Part shown: in pieces, positions 9,542-18,707 of the stretch
Layout of the letters: each line of letters begins with the position of its first letter
Position numbering within the stretch: the first letter of the stretch is position 1
IMG/VR virus record: IMGVR_UViG_2974705165_000001
Span: 97 to 64,096 of that record
Strand: one strand, 5' to 3'
Source of the DNA: a virus
Taxonomy: Duplodnaviria > Caudoviricetes
DNA: 64,000 nucleotides
The notes under the pieces: model-generated
What the model saw: the letters and a program-made list of their open reading frames with translations, nothing else
What the model was told of the DNA's origin: nothing
The model's database searches: none
Program-made: the position numbers and the translations under genes

Positions 9542-11741
9542 TAGCAGCAGCAAGGCACAAACAGTCGGCTACAAGTACCACCTCGGCATCCACATGATTC
9601 TGTGCCACGGCCCAATTGATGCTATCACACGCGTCGACGTTGATGGCAAGGTCGCGTGGACGGGCAAGGCCACCAGCCGCATCTCGATCAACAAGCCAGA
9701 CTTGTTCGGCGGCGAAGAGCGAGAGGGCGGGGTAAGCGGGGAAGTCGACGTCGCGCTCGGGGCTGTTTCCCAGGGGCGGAACGACTACCTACAGGGTCGA
9801 CTTGGATCTGCCATACCTGCGTTCCGTGGAGTGGTGGGCGCAATCCTGCGCCAGTGCTACGTAGGGATGAACCCATACATCAAACGATGGGCCTTCTGGG
9901 GCCAGCGCATCCTGGTTCGCCAGGACGGCATTCCCCAGTGGTACATAGCAAAGGCTGCCATCGGCCAGGACATGAACCCGGCCCACATCATCCGCGAGTG
10001 CCTGACCGACCCTGACTGGGGCATGGGCTACCCGGAGGAGGACATCGACGAGGACACCTTCCGCGCTGCGGCGGACCAGCTCTTCTCCGAGGGCATGGGT
10101 ATGTCACTGCTGTGGGACCGCTCAATGGAGCTCAAGGACTTCATTCAGGAAGTTCTCAAGCACATCCACGGCTCAGTATTCGTAGATCGCAGCTCCGGCA
10201 AGTTCAAGCTGAAACTAGCTCGGGGTGGATACAACATCGACACTCTCCTTGTGCTCGACGAGAGCTCCATTGAGAGAGTCTCCGACTTCAAGCGCAACAC
10301 CGTTGGGGAGCTGACGAACTCTATCACCGTTGTGTACTGGGACGCCTCCACAGGGCAGCAGGGTTCGGTCACCGTCCAGGACATCGCGCTCGCGGCCCAG
10401 CAGCAGGCCACCGTTGGGACCACCATGCAGTACACCGGGTTCACCAACGGCACCATCGCGACCAGGGTGGCGGCCCGCGACCTGAAGGCCCTCTCGACGC
10501 CTCTGGCGGGCGCTACGATATACGCCACCCGCAAGGCCGCAGGGCTCAACATCGGTGATCTGTTCGTGTTCAGCTGGCCCCGGTTCGGCGTTGAGAAGAT
10601 GGTGATGCGGGTTTCCAACGTAGAGCTGGGCACCCTGGGCAGCAACATCGTCAAGATCACCGCTGCGGAGGACGTGTTTGCCCTCTCCGAAGCCATCTAC
10701 GCGCCTCCACCTCCGAGCGGTTGGACTCCTCCACACTCGGCACCTGCCCCGGTGCCCTACCAGATCGTAATGGAGGCTCCGTACTGGGAGCTGGTGCAGC
10801 GCATCGGGGAGACAAACGCCCAGGGCATCAGCGCTGACACCGGCTACATTGTTACTACGGGCACACGGCCTGTCGGGGATGCCATCAACAGCCGCATCTT
10901 CTCCAGTACGAGCGCCAATAGCGGGTACGAGCAGGGAGGCACCGCCGACTTCTGCCCTTCCGCCTTGCTGGGCGTGGCGATCGGCGAGACTGAGACGGTT
11001 CTTTCGCTGACCTCTGGGGAAGATCTCTCACAGGTCGCTGTGGACAGTTACGTTGCTCTCAACAACGAGATCATGTCAGTGGTGTCGATCACGGACACGA
11101 CGATGACTGTCAAGCGTGGGCTCCTCGACACCATCCCTCAGTCGCACGCGGCCAACTCCCGTTTCTTCTTCTACGATGACTTCTGCGAGACGGACACGTT
11201 CGAGTATGCAGTCGGGGAGACCGCCTATGTGAAGCTGTGCCCAGTCACGGGCCAGGGTACGCTGGAGCTGGCCTCCGCTCCAGCCCGCTCCACGCTCATC
11301 CAGGGGCGAGCAGCGCGGCCCTACCCACCGGGGAGGGTGCGGCTCAACACGGTTGCCTACCCCACCTCTCTGAGCGGCCAGCTGAGCATCACCTGGGCAC
11401 ACCGCAGCCGTACCCAGCAGACCACCGGCGCAATCATCGACCAGGACTACGCAAGCATCGGCCCAGAGGACAAGACCCGCTATGGACTGCGGTTCCTGAA
11501 CGCCTCGAACAACTCAGTGCTGGCGGAGAAGACTGACGTCTCCGGGACCGAAGCCACTGCTGTTCTCAACTTTACTGGCAACGTCACGATGGAGCTATAC
11601 TCTATCACCGACAATGGCCCGAGCCTCATGCGGCACCGGCGAACCTTCGCCTACACCCCGCCAGCAGGAACGACAGCCAGCACAATCACCGCTGGGACCT
11701 ACGTCCCGGATAGCATCATCTTTGACGGCGGAGGCGCGTAA
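9534..11741 (+). CDS. Tail tip / central tail protein
   Basis: GGAGG RBS then GTG 9534 (MGSSSKAQTVGYKY); MNPAHIIRECLTDPDWGMG motif of phage tail-tip proteins. Confidence 0.85.
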   Translation: MGSSSSKAQTVGYKYHLGIHMILCHGPIDAITRVDVDGKVAWTGKATSRISINKPDLFGGEEREGGVSGEVDVALGAVSQGRNDYLQGRLGSAIPAFRGVVGAILRQCYVGMNPYIKRWAFWGQRILVRQDGIPQWYIAKAAIGQDMNPAHIIRECLTDPDWGMGYPEEDIDEDTFRAAADQLFSEGMGMSLLWDRSMELKDFIQEVLKHIHGSVFVDRSSGKFKLKLARGGYNIDTLLVLDESSIERVSDFKRNTVGELTNSITVVYWDASTGQQGSVTVQDIALAAQQQATVGTTMQYTGFTNGTIATRVAARDLKALSTPLAGATIYATRKAAGLNIGDLFVFSWPRFGVEKMVMRVSNVELGTLGSNIVKITAAEDVFALSEAIYAPPPPSGWTPPHSAPAPVPYQIVMEAPYWELVQRIGETNAQGISADTGYIVTTGTRPVGDAINSRIFSSTSANSGYEQGGTADFCPSALLGVAIGETETVLSLTSGEDLSQVAVDSYVALNNEIMSVVSITDTTMTVKRGLLDTIPQSHAANSRFFFYDDFCETDTFEYAVGETAYVKLCPVTGQGTLELASAPARSTLIQGRAARPYPPGRVRLNTVAYPTSLSGQLSITWAHRSRTQQTTGAIIDQDYASIGPEDKTRYGLRFLNASNNSVLAEKTDVSGTEATAVLNFTGNVTMELYSITDNGPSLMRHRRTFAYTPPAGTTASTITAGTYVPDSIIFDGGGA

Positions 11742-12482
11742 ATGGCTGACATAGTCATCCCCCAGCGGTTCGCCCAGAAGCGGGACACCACGACCAACTG
11801 GACGGCCAAGAACCCCATTCTGTGGAGCGGGGAGATCGGTCTCACCATCGACCCTGGGCAGGCCATACGCCTGAAGATCGGCGACGGGACCACCAAGTGG
11901 TCAGACCTCCCCTACTTCGCCAGCAACGGCAAGGAAGTCGAGCTCCAGAAGACCGCCACCCATATCCAGTGGAGGCTGAAGGGCGACACCGCCTGGATCG
12001 ACCTCGTGCCTCTTTCGGAACTGAAGGGAGAGAAGGGCGACACTGGAGCCAGCGCCTACACACTCGCCATGAGCGACGGCTTCGTCGGAACCCTAACCGA
12101 GTGGCTGGCCTCGCTGAAGGGTGAGAAGGGCGACACTGGAGCCCCCGGTATTGCATACCAGAAGCGCATCCTGGTTGTTCCTGACACCAACTCAGGGACG
12201 CTTGCTTGCGACTGGGGTGCCTACGATGAAATCCGAGTGACGCTCACGGCGAACGTCGCTCTTAGCTTCTCGGGCGCTCTCGACGGGCAGGCATGTCTGA
12301 TCAAGATGCGTCAAGACTCCACTGGCGGCAGGGTAGTTTCTCTGCCAGCGGGCGTGCGGTTCAACTCGTTGATTACTTCGTACGCAGTTTCCACGGCTCC
12401 GGGTAAGGCTGACAAGATCGGCTTCATCTACGACGGGGAAGACTCCAAGTACGACTTGGTCTCGATCATCCCTGGGCTATAG
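11742..12482 (+). CDS. Tail fibre-like protein with short collagen-like repeats
   Basis: N-terminal WTAKNPILWSGEIG...LKIGDGTTKWSDLPY module; LKGEKGDTGA occurs twice. Confidence 0.7.
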   Translation: MADIVIPQRFAQKRDTTTNWTAKNPILWSGEIGLTIDPGQAIRLKIGDGTTKWSDLPYFASNGKEVELQKTATHIQWRLKGDTAWIDLVPLSELKGEKGDTGASAYTLAMSDGFVGTLTEWLASLKGEKGDTGAPGIAYQKRILVVPDTNSGTLACDWGAYDEIRVTLTANVALSFSGALDGQACLIKMRQDSTGGRVVSLPAGVRFNSLITSYAVSTAPGKADKIGFIYDGEDSKYDLVSIIPGL

Positions 12483-12483
12483 T

Positions 12484-12732
12484 ATGGGCTACGTACCGGA
12501 AGAGGAAGCGAACTTCAGTGGGGAGTCTTACGAGGCCCCTTCGGGTTCGGTTGCTGTGTTCAGCTTCGGCGACCTAAACAGCGCCGAGTTTCTGTTCCCA
12601 GGGACCGGCTACCTGCCGCCCAGCGGCAGCTCCGCCAGCTTCCTCTTCCTGGCTGGTGAGGATCCAGGAGGCGAACCACAGCCGGACACCGGCCCACTCA
12701 GGGCCAACTTTATGATTCTACTAGCTATGTGA
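12484..12732 (+). CDS. Hypothetical tail-associated protein
   Basis: 82 aa ORF tightly packed between fibre genes; internal repeat YEAPSGS/YLPPSGS. Confidence 0.55.
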   Translation: MGYVPEEEANFSGESYEAPSGSVAVFSFGDLNSAEFLFPGTGYLPPSGSSASFLFLAGEDPGGEPQPDTGPLRANFMILLAM

Positions 12733-12739
12733 GGCAACC

Positions 12740-13699
12740 ATGACCGTTCGAGTTTACAAGTCCACCGACACCGACGCTCCCCAGATCCTGGGCTCCCGCG
12801 CCGGTGATCTTATCAATCTCCTAGACAAGTGCCTTGTCACGGGCTATGGCTCCAAGCTGCCCGCTGGGTGGACCAAGCCCTTCGTAGGCACGAACATCGC
12901 TGCGTTCAAGCAGGGGGCCGGGAGCAACGGCATGTACCTCCGGGTCGACGACACTTCTACGGCGGCCACCAGCCGCATGGCGAAGGTGAAGGGCTTCACC
13001 TCCATGACGGACGTGAACACGGGGCTGGGGCAGTTCCCCACTGAGAGTCAGTACGCCGGAGGCCTGAACTGGATGCTGTTCCAGAGTGGGACGGCCTCCT
13101 TCGCCCGCAACTGGATCCTCGTTGCCGACGAGAAGCTGTTCTATCTCTCCATCGAGACGGCACCGGAACAAACTAGCACCCAGTCGTCAGACTACTATCG
13201 CGAGTTCATGTACTTCGGTGACATCAACAAGTACGGCACCACAGACGAATCGGCTACTGTTCTGTGGGGGCACCAGAACACAACGTTCAACACGTCTCAC
13301 AACGTGCCGTTCGATTCTTCGACTCTCAACGCCAGCTACCCTGGCCTATTCCTGGCACGTTCGTTCAGCAACCTGGGAGGTTCTTTGCCGGCTGGCCAGC
13401 ACCATGACTACTACAAGTCTGGCGCCAGCAGCATCTGGGGAGCTGTCGGTTCCTATCTGTCGTACCCGCACGGCCCAGACGGTGGGCTTATCTTCTCCCC
13501 TGTCTGGGTTCATGAGCCGGGGACCGCAGGTGGAGCCCATATCCGAGGCACCTTGCCGGGGGTCTGGGCTCCTCTCCAGAACGTCTTCGCACACGGGGAC
13601 ACGTTTGAGGGCCAGGGAGAGCTCGCAGGGAGAACCTTCCTGGTGTTTAAGCACTACCAATGCCGATGCGCCTTGGAGATCAGCGACACCTGGAGGTAA
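12740..13699 (+). CDS. Tail fibre/structural protein
   Basis: LINLLDKCLVTGYG...AGWTKPF N-terminus and RGTLPG C-terminal motif. Confidence 0.65.
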   Translation: MTVRVYKSTDTDAPQILGSRAGDLINLLDKCLVTGYGSKLPAGWTKPFVGTNIAAFKQGAGSNGMYLRVDDTSTAATSRMAKVKGFTSMTDVNTGLGQFPTESQYAGGLNWMLFQSGTASFARNWILVADEKLFYLSIETAPEQTSTQSSDYYREFMYFGDINKYGTTDESATVLWGHQNTTFNTSHNVPFDSSTLNASYPGLFLARSFSNLGGSLPAGQHHDYYKSGASSIWGAVGSYLSYPHGPDGGLIFSPVWVHEPGTAGGAHIRGTLPGVWAPLQNVFAHGDTFEGQGELAGRTFLVFKHYQCRCALEISDTWR

Positions 13700-13701
13700 C
13701 C

Positions 13702-14175
13702 ATGGCAGACCTCGGACCAATTAACGTTACCATCGGAGCCAGGGTCGCTGTTCACGACCCCGGCACTGTCTCGTTCGTACGCTCTGGCCTGACGGTGATC
13801 GCCATTGCGCGATCTCCGACGGCTGGGACTCCCCCAACGATGGTCTACGAGAGGCCGGTGGACATGCCCGACCACCCGCTGTGGTGGGAGCCCCAGGCAG
13901 GGTCAGGTCGCAAGTATGCTTGGTACTCTGTGCGCGGCTACGTCAGGCAGCTGGCCAACCAGCAGGAGGTTCCTGTCAAGAACGCGAGGGTGCGCCTCTA
14001 CCTTCGCTCCACAGGAGTTATGGTTGGCACGGCCATTACGGCGGAGGATGGTTCTTACGAGTTCCAGCGGCTCATGTATGATTCCTCTGCGTACTATGCA
14101 ATCGCACTGGACCCGGACGGGGAGCCTCTCCAGAACTCCTTAATTCTTGACAGGCTCACGCCAGTACTGACATAG
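13702..14175 (+). CDS. Tail-associated protein (Ig/carboxypeptidase-regulatory-like beta fold)
   Basis: GGAGG RBS, ATG 13702; VRLYLRSTG...TAEDGSYEF. Confidence 0.55.
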   Translation: MADLGPINVTIGARVAVHDPGTVSFVRSGLTVIAIARSPTAGTPPTMVYERPVDMPDHPLWWEPQAGSGRKYAWYSVRGYVRQLANQQEVPVKNARVRLYLRSTGVMVGTAITAEDGSYEFQRLMYDSSAYYAIALDPDGEPLQNSLILDRLTPVLT

Positions 14176-14238
14176 CCCTCCGTCAGGAGTCATGTAAGAT
14201 GACTCCCCAGATCATTTCGCTTTCTGGGGAGTCAGCTC
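14173..14238 (+). promoter_or_regulatory. Lysis cassette leader: putative promoter plus competing hairpins over the RBS
   Basis: TAGCCC-N16-TAAGAT; GGAGTCAT(14186-93)/ATGACTCC(14199-206); TGACTCCCCAGA(14200-11)/TCTGGGGAGTCA(14223-34) covers the SD. Confidence 0.6.
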
Positions 14239-14817
14239 ATGGCCGACAACGAACAAGCAGTAGCCGTCGAGCTGGCGCAACTGAGAGAACAAGTGAAGAC
14301 CGTCGGGGAGAACGTCTCCGAAATCAAGGCCACTATGGCCGCTCTCATTTCGCTCGACAAGACCATTGCTGAGCTCGCAATCTATTCAAAGCAGACCCAG
14401 GACAACGTCCGCCTCCTGTGGGAGCGGTTCGAAGAGTCCAAGCAGTGGCAGCAGGCCCACGAGCGCGAGCTCCACGAAGTCCGCAAGATCAGCCACGACG
14501 CCCTGGACAACGTCCGGGACGAGGTCCACAAGGAAATCCTCACCACTGACCGCAAGGTCGAAGCCTGGACCAACCGCGTGCGCGGTGCCTCCTGGGCCGC
14601 TGGCATCATCATGGGCGTCGTCCAGGTCGCTGTGTTCGCCTCCATTGGCTGGACCTTCACCAACGTGACGAGCCTCCGCGAGTCCTCCCAGGTGGACACG
14701 CTGCGGATCGACCGGCTGGAGGAACGCGCCCAGAAGCGCGACGCCGAGGAGCGCGAGCAGGACATCCGTCTCAGGGCGCTCCAGCAGCAGCCCGCAACCA
14801 TCATTGACCGGAGGTAA
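14239..14817 (+). CDS. Coiled-coil single-TM membrane protein at the head of the lysis cassette (putative holin/antiholin)
   Basis: TM segment ASWAAGIIMGVVQVAVFASIGWTF; directly upstream of the endolysin. Confidence 0.55.
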   Translation: MADNEQAVAVELAQLREQVKTVGENVSEIKATMAALISLDKTIAELAIYSKQTQDNVRLLWERFEESKQWQQAHERELHEVRKISHDALDNVRDEVHKEILTTDRKVEAWTNRVRGASWAAGIIMGVVQVAVFASIGWTFTNVTSLRESSQVDTLRIDRLEERAQKRDAEEREQDIRLRALQQQPATIIDRR

Positions 14818-14822
14818 CACCG

Positions 14823-15227
14823 ATGTCTAAGTTCATCCTGGGGCACCGCTCCGTCCAGCGACTGCTGACCGTCCACCCAGACCTCGTTCGCGTGGTCCAC
14901 CGGGCCATCGAACTGACTGAGGTCGACTTTACCGTCCTCGAGACCCTGCGCACCGTAGAGCGCCAGCGCGAGCTGGTGAAGGCTGGGGCCAGCCAGACGA
15001 TGAACAGCCGCCACCTCCCCGGCAAGGATGGCCTCTCCCGTGCGGTCGACCTGGGCGCTTACGTCGCTGGTGAGGTCCGCTGGGACTGGCCGCTCTACCA
15101 CAAAATCGCTGCAGCGATGAAGCAGGCCGCGAAGGAGTGCAACGTCCCGATCGAGTGGGGCGGTGACTGGAAGTCCTTCAAGGACGGCCCGCACTTCCAG
15201 CTGCCACACAAGGAGTACCCGGCATGA
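14823..15227 (+). CDS. Endolysin, M15 family L-Ala-D-Glu peptidase
   Basis: RTVERQRELV...SRHL...AVDL...WGGDWKSFKDGPHFQL motifs. Confidence 0.92.
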   Translation: MSKFILGHRSVQRLLTVHPDLVRVVHRAIELTEVDFTVLETLRTVERQRELVKAGASQTMNSRHLPGKDGLSRAVDLGAYVAGEVRWDWPLYHKIAAAMKQAAKECNVPIEWGGDWKSFKDGPHFQLPHKEYPA

Positions 15228-15655
15228 ACCCTCTCCTGATCGGCCCGGTGTTCGAGCTGGGCTCCAAGCTCATCGACAAGATGTTCCCGGACAAGGAGAA
15301 GCAGGCCGCAGAACGCGCCCAGGCGGAGCTAGCACTGCTCAAGGCGCAGCAGGACGGTACGTTCCGGGAAACCGCCCAGCAGCTCTCTGCAATCCTCGCG
15401 GAGGCCCAGTCGGCGGACCCCTGGACCAGCCGCGCCCGACCCAGCTTCTTGTACGTTATGTACGTGATGCTGCTGGCCGCCATCCCCATGGGCTTCCTCT
15501 CCGCGTTCAACCCGGCGATGGCCGAGGCGGTGGCCAACGGCATGAAGATGTGGCTGTCCGCCATCCCGGAGGAGCTGTACACGCTGTTCGGCGTCGGCTA
15601 CCTTGGGTACGCTGGTGCACGCACCTGGGAAAAGCGAAAGGGTTCGGCCCGGTAG
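15224..15655 (+). CDS. Holin-like protein (3TM GTA-holin-like family)
   Basis: ILAEAQSADPWTSRARPSFLYV...GYLGYAGARTWEK; hydrophobic segments; adjacent to the endolysin. Confidence 0.75.
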   Translation: MNPLLIGPVFELGSKLIDKMFPDKEKQAAERAQAELALLKAQQDGTFRETAQQLSAILAEAQSADPWTSRARPSFLYVMYVMLLAAIPMGFLSAFNPAMAEAVANGMKMWLSAIPEELYTLFGVGYLGYAGARTWEKRKGSAR

Positions 15656-15956
15656 CGGCTTGGGTTGCTTGGGTTGCGCTAGTGGCCTTGCTTTTTCTAA
15701 AGTCACCGCAACCCCGCATGCCCACAGGGTCCTAGGCCCCCGACTCTAGTTACTCTACTTTCTTTAGAGAGAAAGAGGAGTAAGAAAATAGCCTTCCCGA
15801 GGCGGCTATCCCCGCCCTGGGCCTCAAAAGCCTAGCGACTTGCAAAGCACCCGAGTAACCCGAGTAACCCGAGCCAGCCCTGTGCTGGCGCGGGTCCTAG
15901 CTGTCTTGGGGTTGCCTCCCAACCCGAGTCGGGCGGAGCAACCCAAGTCGGGTGCA
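15656..15956 (+). repeat. Long non-coding element, copy A (inverted homologue of 49165-49484); candidate replication origin/priming site
   Basis: Exact blocks shared with the reverse complement of copy B: 23 nt (15713-35), 32 nt (15742-73), 16 nt (15790-805), 22 nt (15816-37); tandem 9-mers CCCGAGTAA. Confidence 0.9.
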
Positions 15957-15962
15957 AGGTGA

Positions 15963-16015
15963 TTGCGCCTGGGCGACAGCGCCACAATAATTCGCCTTGG
16001 CCCTTAGAAAAGGAG
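15963..16015 (+). promoter_or_regulatory. Putative promoter and AGAAAAGGAG RBS
   Basis: TTGCGC-N17-AATAAT; RBS at 16006-16015. Confidence 0.55.
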
Positions 16016-16022
16016 GACGAAC

Positions 16023-17597
16023 ATGCGTCCCTATGAACCGAAAACAAAACCCTTCAAGCACCAAGCTGAAGAGTTCGAGCGAAGCAAGGACGCCCCAGCC
16101 CGCGCCATCTTCTGGGAGCAGGGCACCGGCAAGAGCAAGATCACCATCGACACCGCTGGTCACCTCTACGCTTCGGGGCAGATCGACTGCGTCGTCGTGG
16201 TCGCCCCCTCCGGCGTGCACCTGAACTGGGTGACCGACGAAATCCCAACCCACATGCCCGACTGGATTCGAGAGCAGATGTTCGCTCACGTCTACGCTGG
16301 AGACAAGGCCGGTACGAAGTACCACCAAGCCCAGTGTCAGCAGCTGGTCGAGCACAAGGGCTTGGCCTTCCTGGCCATCACGTACGACTCGCTGGTGACC
16401 GAGCGTGCGAAGGAGCTCCTCTGGGCATTGCTCCAGCGGCGCAAGGTGCTCTACGTCGCCGACGAGAGCCAGCGCATCAAGACGCCCAAGGCGACCCGGA
16501 CCAAGGTGGCTGTCGCATCCGCCAAGTTCGCGGCCTTCCGCCGAGTGCTGTCCGGCACCCCGGTGACCCAGGGTCCGTTCGACGTGTACAGTCAAGTGCT
16601 GTTCCTGGACGAAGACTTCTGGAAGCGCGAGGAGATGTCTCCGTTCACCGTCTTCAAGAACCACTTCGGCGTGTGGCGCAAGCAGGCCACCGACACTGGG
16701 CGGAAGTACGATGTCCTTGTCAAATACCGCCGTCTGAACGACCTGAACGCCCTGCTGGAGCAGATCAGCTCCCGCGTGACGAAGGAGGACGTGCTCGACC
16801 TGCCGCCGAAGCTGTACAGCCGCCGCTACTTCACCATGACCGCCGAGCAGCGCCGGATCTACGAGTCCATCAAGGAAGAGTTCATGGCGATCATGCTCTC
16901 CGAAGGAGACTGCCGGAACTGCGGCGGAACTGGGCGCGTCGAGTACGAAGGCTTCGCCGGAGAGTGCCCAACCTGCGAAGGGACCGGCAAGCGCCTGGGC
17001 GGCATGGTAACTGCCCCGCTGGCCATTGTCCGCCTCCTGCGTCTTCAGCAGACTCTGTGCGGCTACGTGCCGGTCGAAACCTTCGAGGAAGGCAAGGAGC
17101 CTGAGCTGACGATGCTGCCCGGTGGGAACCCGCGCCTTGCCCTCCTGGGCGAGATAGTGGAGGATCTTCCCCATCAGTTCATCGTGTTCGCCCGCTTCCG
17201 GAAGGACATCGACCTGATCATGGACCTCATGAAGGAGCTGAAGATCGAGGCTGTGCGCTACGATGGAGCTCTGGACGTTGACGCCCGCGCCGCCTCGAAG
17301 AAGGCGTTCCAGGACGGCAAGGCCCAGGCGTTCGTGGCTAACCCAGCTGTGGCGGCTGAAGGGCTGACGCTCGTCGGGGCGAAGACCGTTGTATACTACA
17401 ACAACAGCTTCAAGCTCGCGGAGCGACTGCAGTCCGAAGACCGGGCTCACCGTATTGGCCAGGATCAGGCTGTGAACTACATCGACCTAGCGTGCCCAGG
17501 GACCGTCGACATGGCGGTCATAGATGCGCTGAAGAATAAGCTTGACATCGCCAGTCAGATTACTGGCGATCGACTGAAGGAGTGGCTCTATGAGTAG
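16023..17597 (+). CDS. SNF2-family (SF2) DNA helicase with inserted CxxCxGxG zinc finger
   Basis: EQGTGKS, DESQ, LSGTP, QSEDRAHRIGQ; insert CRNCGGTG...CPTCEGTG. Confidence 0.92.
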   Translation: MRPYEPKTKPFKHQAEEFERSKDAPARAIFWEQGTGKSKITIDTAGHLYASGQIDCVVVVAPSGVHLNWVTDEIPTHMPDWIREQMFAHVYAGDKAGTKYHQAQCQQLVEHKGLAFLAITYDSLVTERAKELLWALLQRRKVLYVADESQRIKTPKATRTKVAVASAKFAAFRRVLSGTPVTQGPFDVYSQVLFLDEDFWKREEMSPFTVFKNHFGVWRKQATDTGRKYDVLVKYRRLNDLNALLEQISSRVTKEDVLDLPPKLYSRRYFTMTAEQRRIYESIKEEFMAIMLSEGDCRNCGGTGRVEYEGFAGECPTCEGTGKRLGGMVTAPLAIVRLLRLQQTLCGYVPVETFEEGKEPELTMLPGGNPRLALLGEIVEDLPHQFIVFARFRKDIDLIMDLMKELKIEAVRYDGALDVDARAASKKAFQDGKAQAFVANPAVAAEGLTLVGAKTVVYYNNSFKLAERLQSEDRAHRIGQDQAVNYIDLACPGTVDMAVIDALKNKLDIASQITGDRLKEWLYE

Positions 17598-17967
17598 CCA
17601 ACAGAAGAAGGGCCGCGTGTTCGTGGTCCAGAAGACAATGCGATGGGACAGCACCAAGGGTGAACTGGTCCCTAAGTTCGACGTGAGCCCGGCCCAGGAG
17701 TATGGCGAGATCGTCTACCTGCTGAGCCCCACAGCCTCGCCGTTCCGCCCCGACAGCCTCCTGGGCGAACTCCACGAGAAGCTGAAGGACTTCACCCCGG
17801 ACGACTACCTGCTGCTGATCGGCAGCCCGGTCATCATCGGGCTAGCGGTTGCCATCGCTGCCGACTATACCGACGGCGAGGTCAAGGTTCTCCAGTGGAG
17901 CGGCAAGGCGGGCAAGTATCTCCCAATCGAGGTTCGCGGCCTCTTTAATGATTGCGGGCCGGTTTAG
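17590..17967 (+). CDS. Hypothetical protein
   Basis: 125 aa, AAGGAG RBS, phage-like codon usage. Confidence 0.7.
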   Translation: MSSQQKKGRVFVVQKTMRWDSTKGELVPKFDVSPAQEYGEIVYLLSPTASPFRPDSLLGELHEKLKDFTPDDYLLLIGSPVIIGLAVAIAADYTDGEVKVLQWSGKAGKYLPIEVRGLFNDCGPV

Positions 17968-18030
17968 TCTTCAACAGACTTCATCTTGCAATGTAACGGC
18001 GGCGATCCGCCACGAACTGGAAGAGAAAAC

Positions 18031-18585
18031 ATGAGCCAAGACAACGACGCACTGGCATACGCCCAGTACACCGACAGCACCGCTACCTCGGAGAACGCCC
18101 TGGCGGAGCTCTCCCGCCTCGCTGACGAGCAGGCCCAGGCCGCTGCCCAGGTCGCCGACCTGGAAGCCCAGCTGGACAAGGCCCGCGACCGCTTCCGCGA
18201 CATCAGCGAGCGCATCATCCCCGAGAAGATGGACGAGCTCGGCATGGAAGAGTTCAAGACCCGCACCGGCCTGAAGATCAAGATCAAGGAAGCCATCCGC
18301 GCCTCGATCCCGAAGGCCCGGCAGGGCGAAGCCTTCCGCTGGCTCCGTGACAACGGCTATGCTGGCCTGATCAAGCGCAACGTCGCTATCAAGTTCGGCA
18401 AGGGCGAAGACGAGACCGCTGAAGAGCTGGCCAAGCAGCTCAGCGAGAAGTTCGAGGTGGAAGACAACACCTCCGTCCACCCGTCCACCCTGAAGGCGTT
18501 CGTCAACGAGCAGCTCTCCAACGGCGTCGAGATCCCGATGGACCTGTTTGGTGTCCACCGCCAGCGAGTTTCGGTCATCGCCTAA
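18031..18585 (+). CDS. Conserved replication-module protein
   Basis: ATG 18031; IPEKMDELG...AFRWLRDNG...VHPSTLKAFV motif, commonly found next to phage SSB/polymerase genes. Confidence 0.7.
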   Translation: MSQDNDALAYAQYTDSTATSENALAELSRLADEQAQAAAQVADLEAQLDKARDRFRDISERIIPEKMDELGMEEFKTRTGLKIKIKEAIRASIPKARQGEAFRWLRDNGYAGLIKRNVAIKFGKGEDETAEELAKQLSEKFEVEDNTSVHPSTLKAFVNEQLSNGVEIPMDLFGVHRQRVSVIA

Positions 18586-18707
18586 CCTGGGCGACCGACC
18601 ACAGAATCCCGTCACCTGGGCAGTGGTGAGCTTGTCGGCAGACTGACGTCTATCGCACCGGGGGACGCTAAACCGCCTGCTGCTTACTATGTAACAAGGA
18701 GCCAACC

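Noticed and set aside
11742-14175. Diversity-generating retroelement or invertible tail fibre cassette
   Set aside because: No reverse transcriptase, invertase or template/variable repeat pair; the 30 bp repeat at ~12021 and ~12115 simply encodes the collagen-like LKGEKGDTGA twice.
15850-15875. Tandem CCCGAGTAA repeats as a CRISPR array
   Set aside because: The units are 9 bp with no unique spacers, and there are no cas genes.
18586-18707. Autoregulatory pseudoknot upstream of the putative SSB
   Set aside because: The intergenic length is suggestive, but I could not identify convincing pairing.
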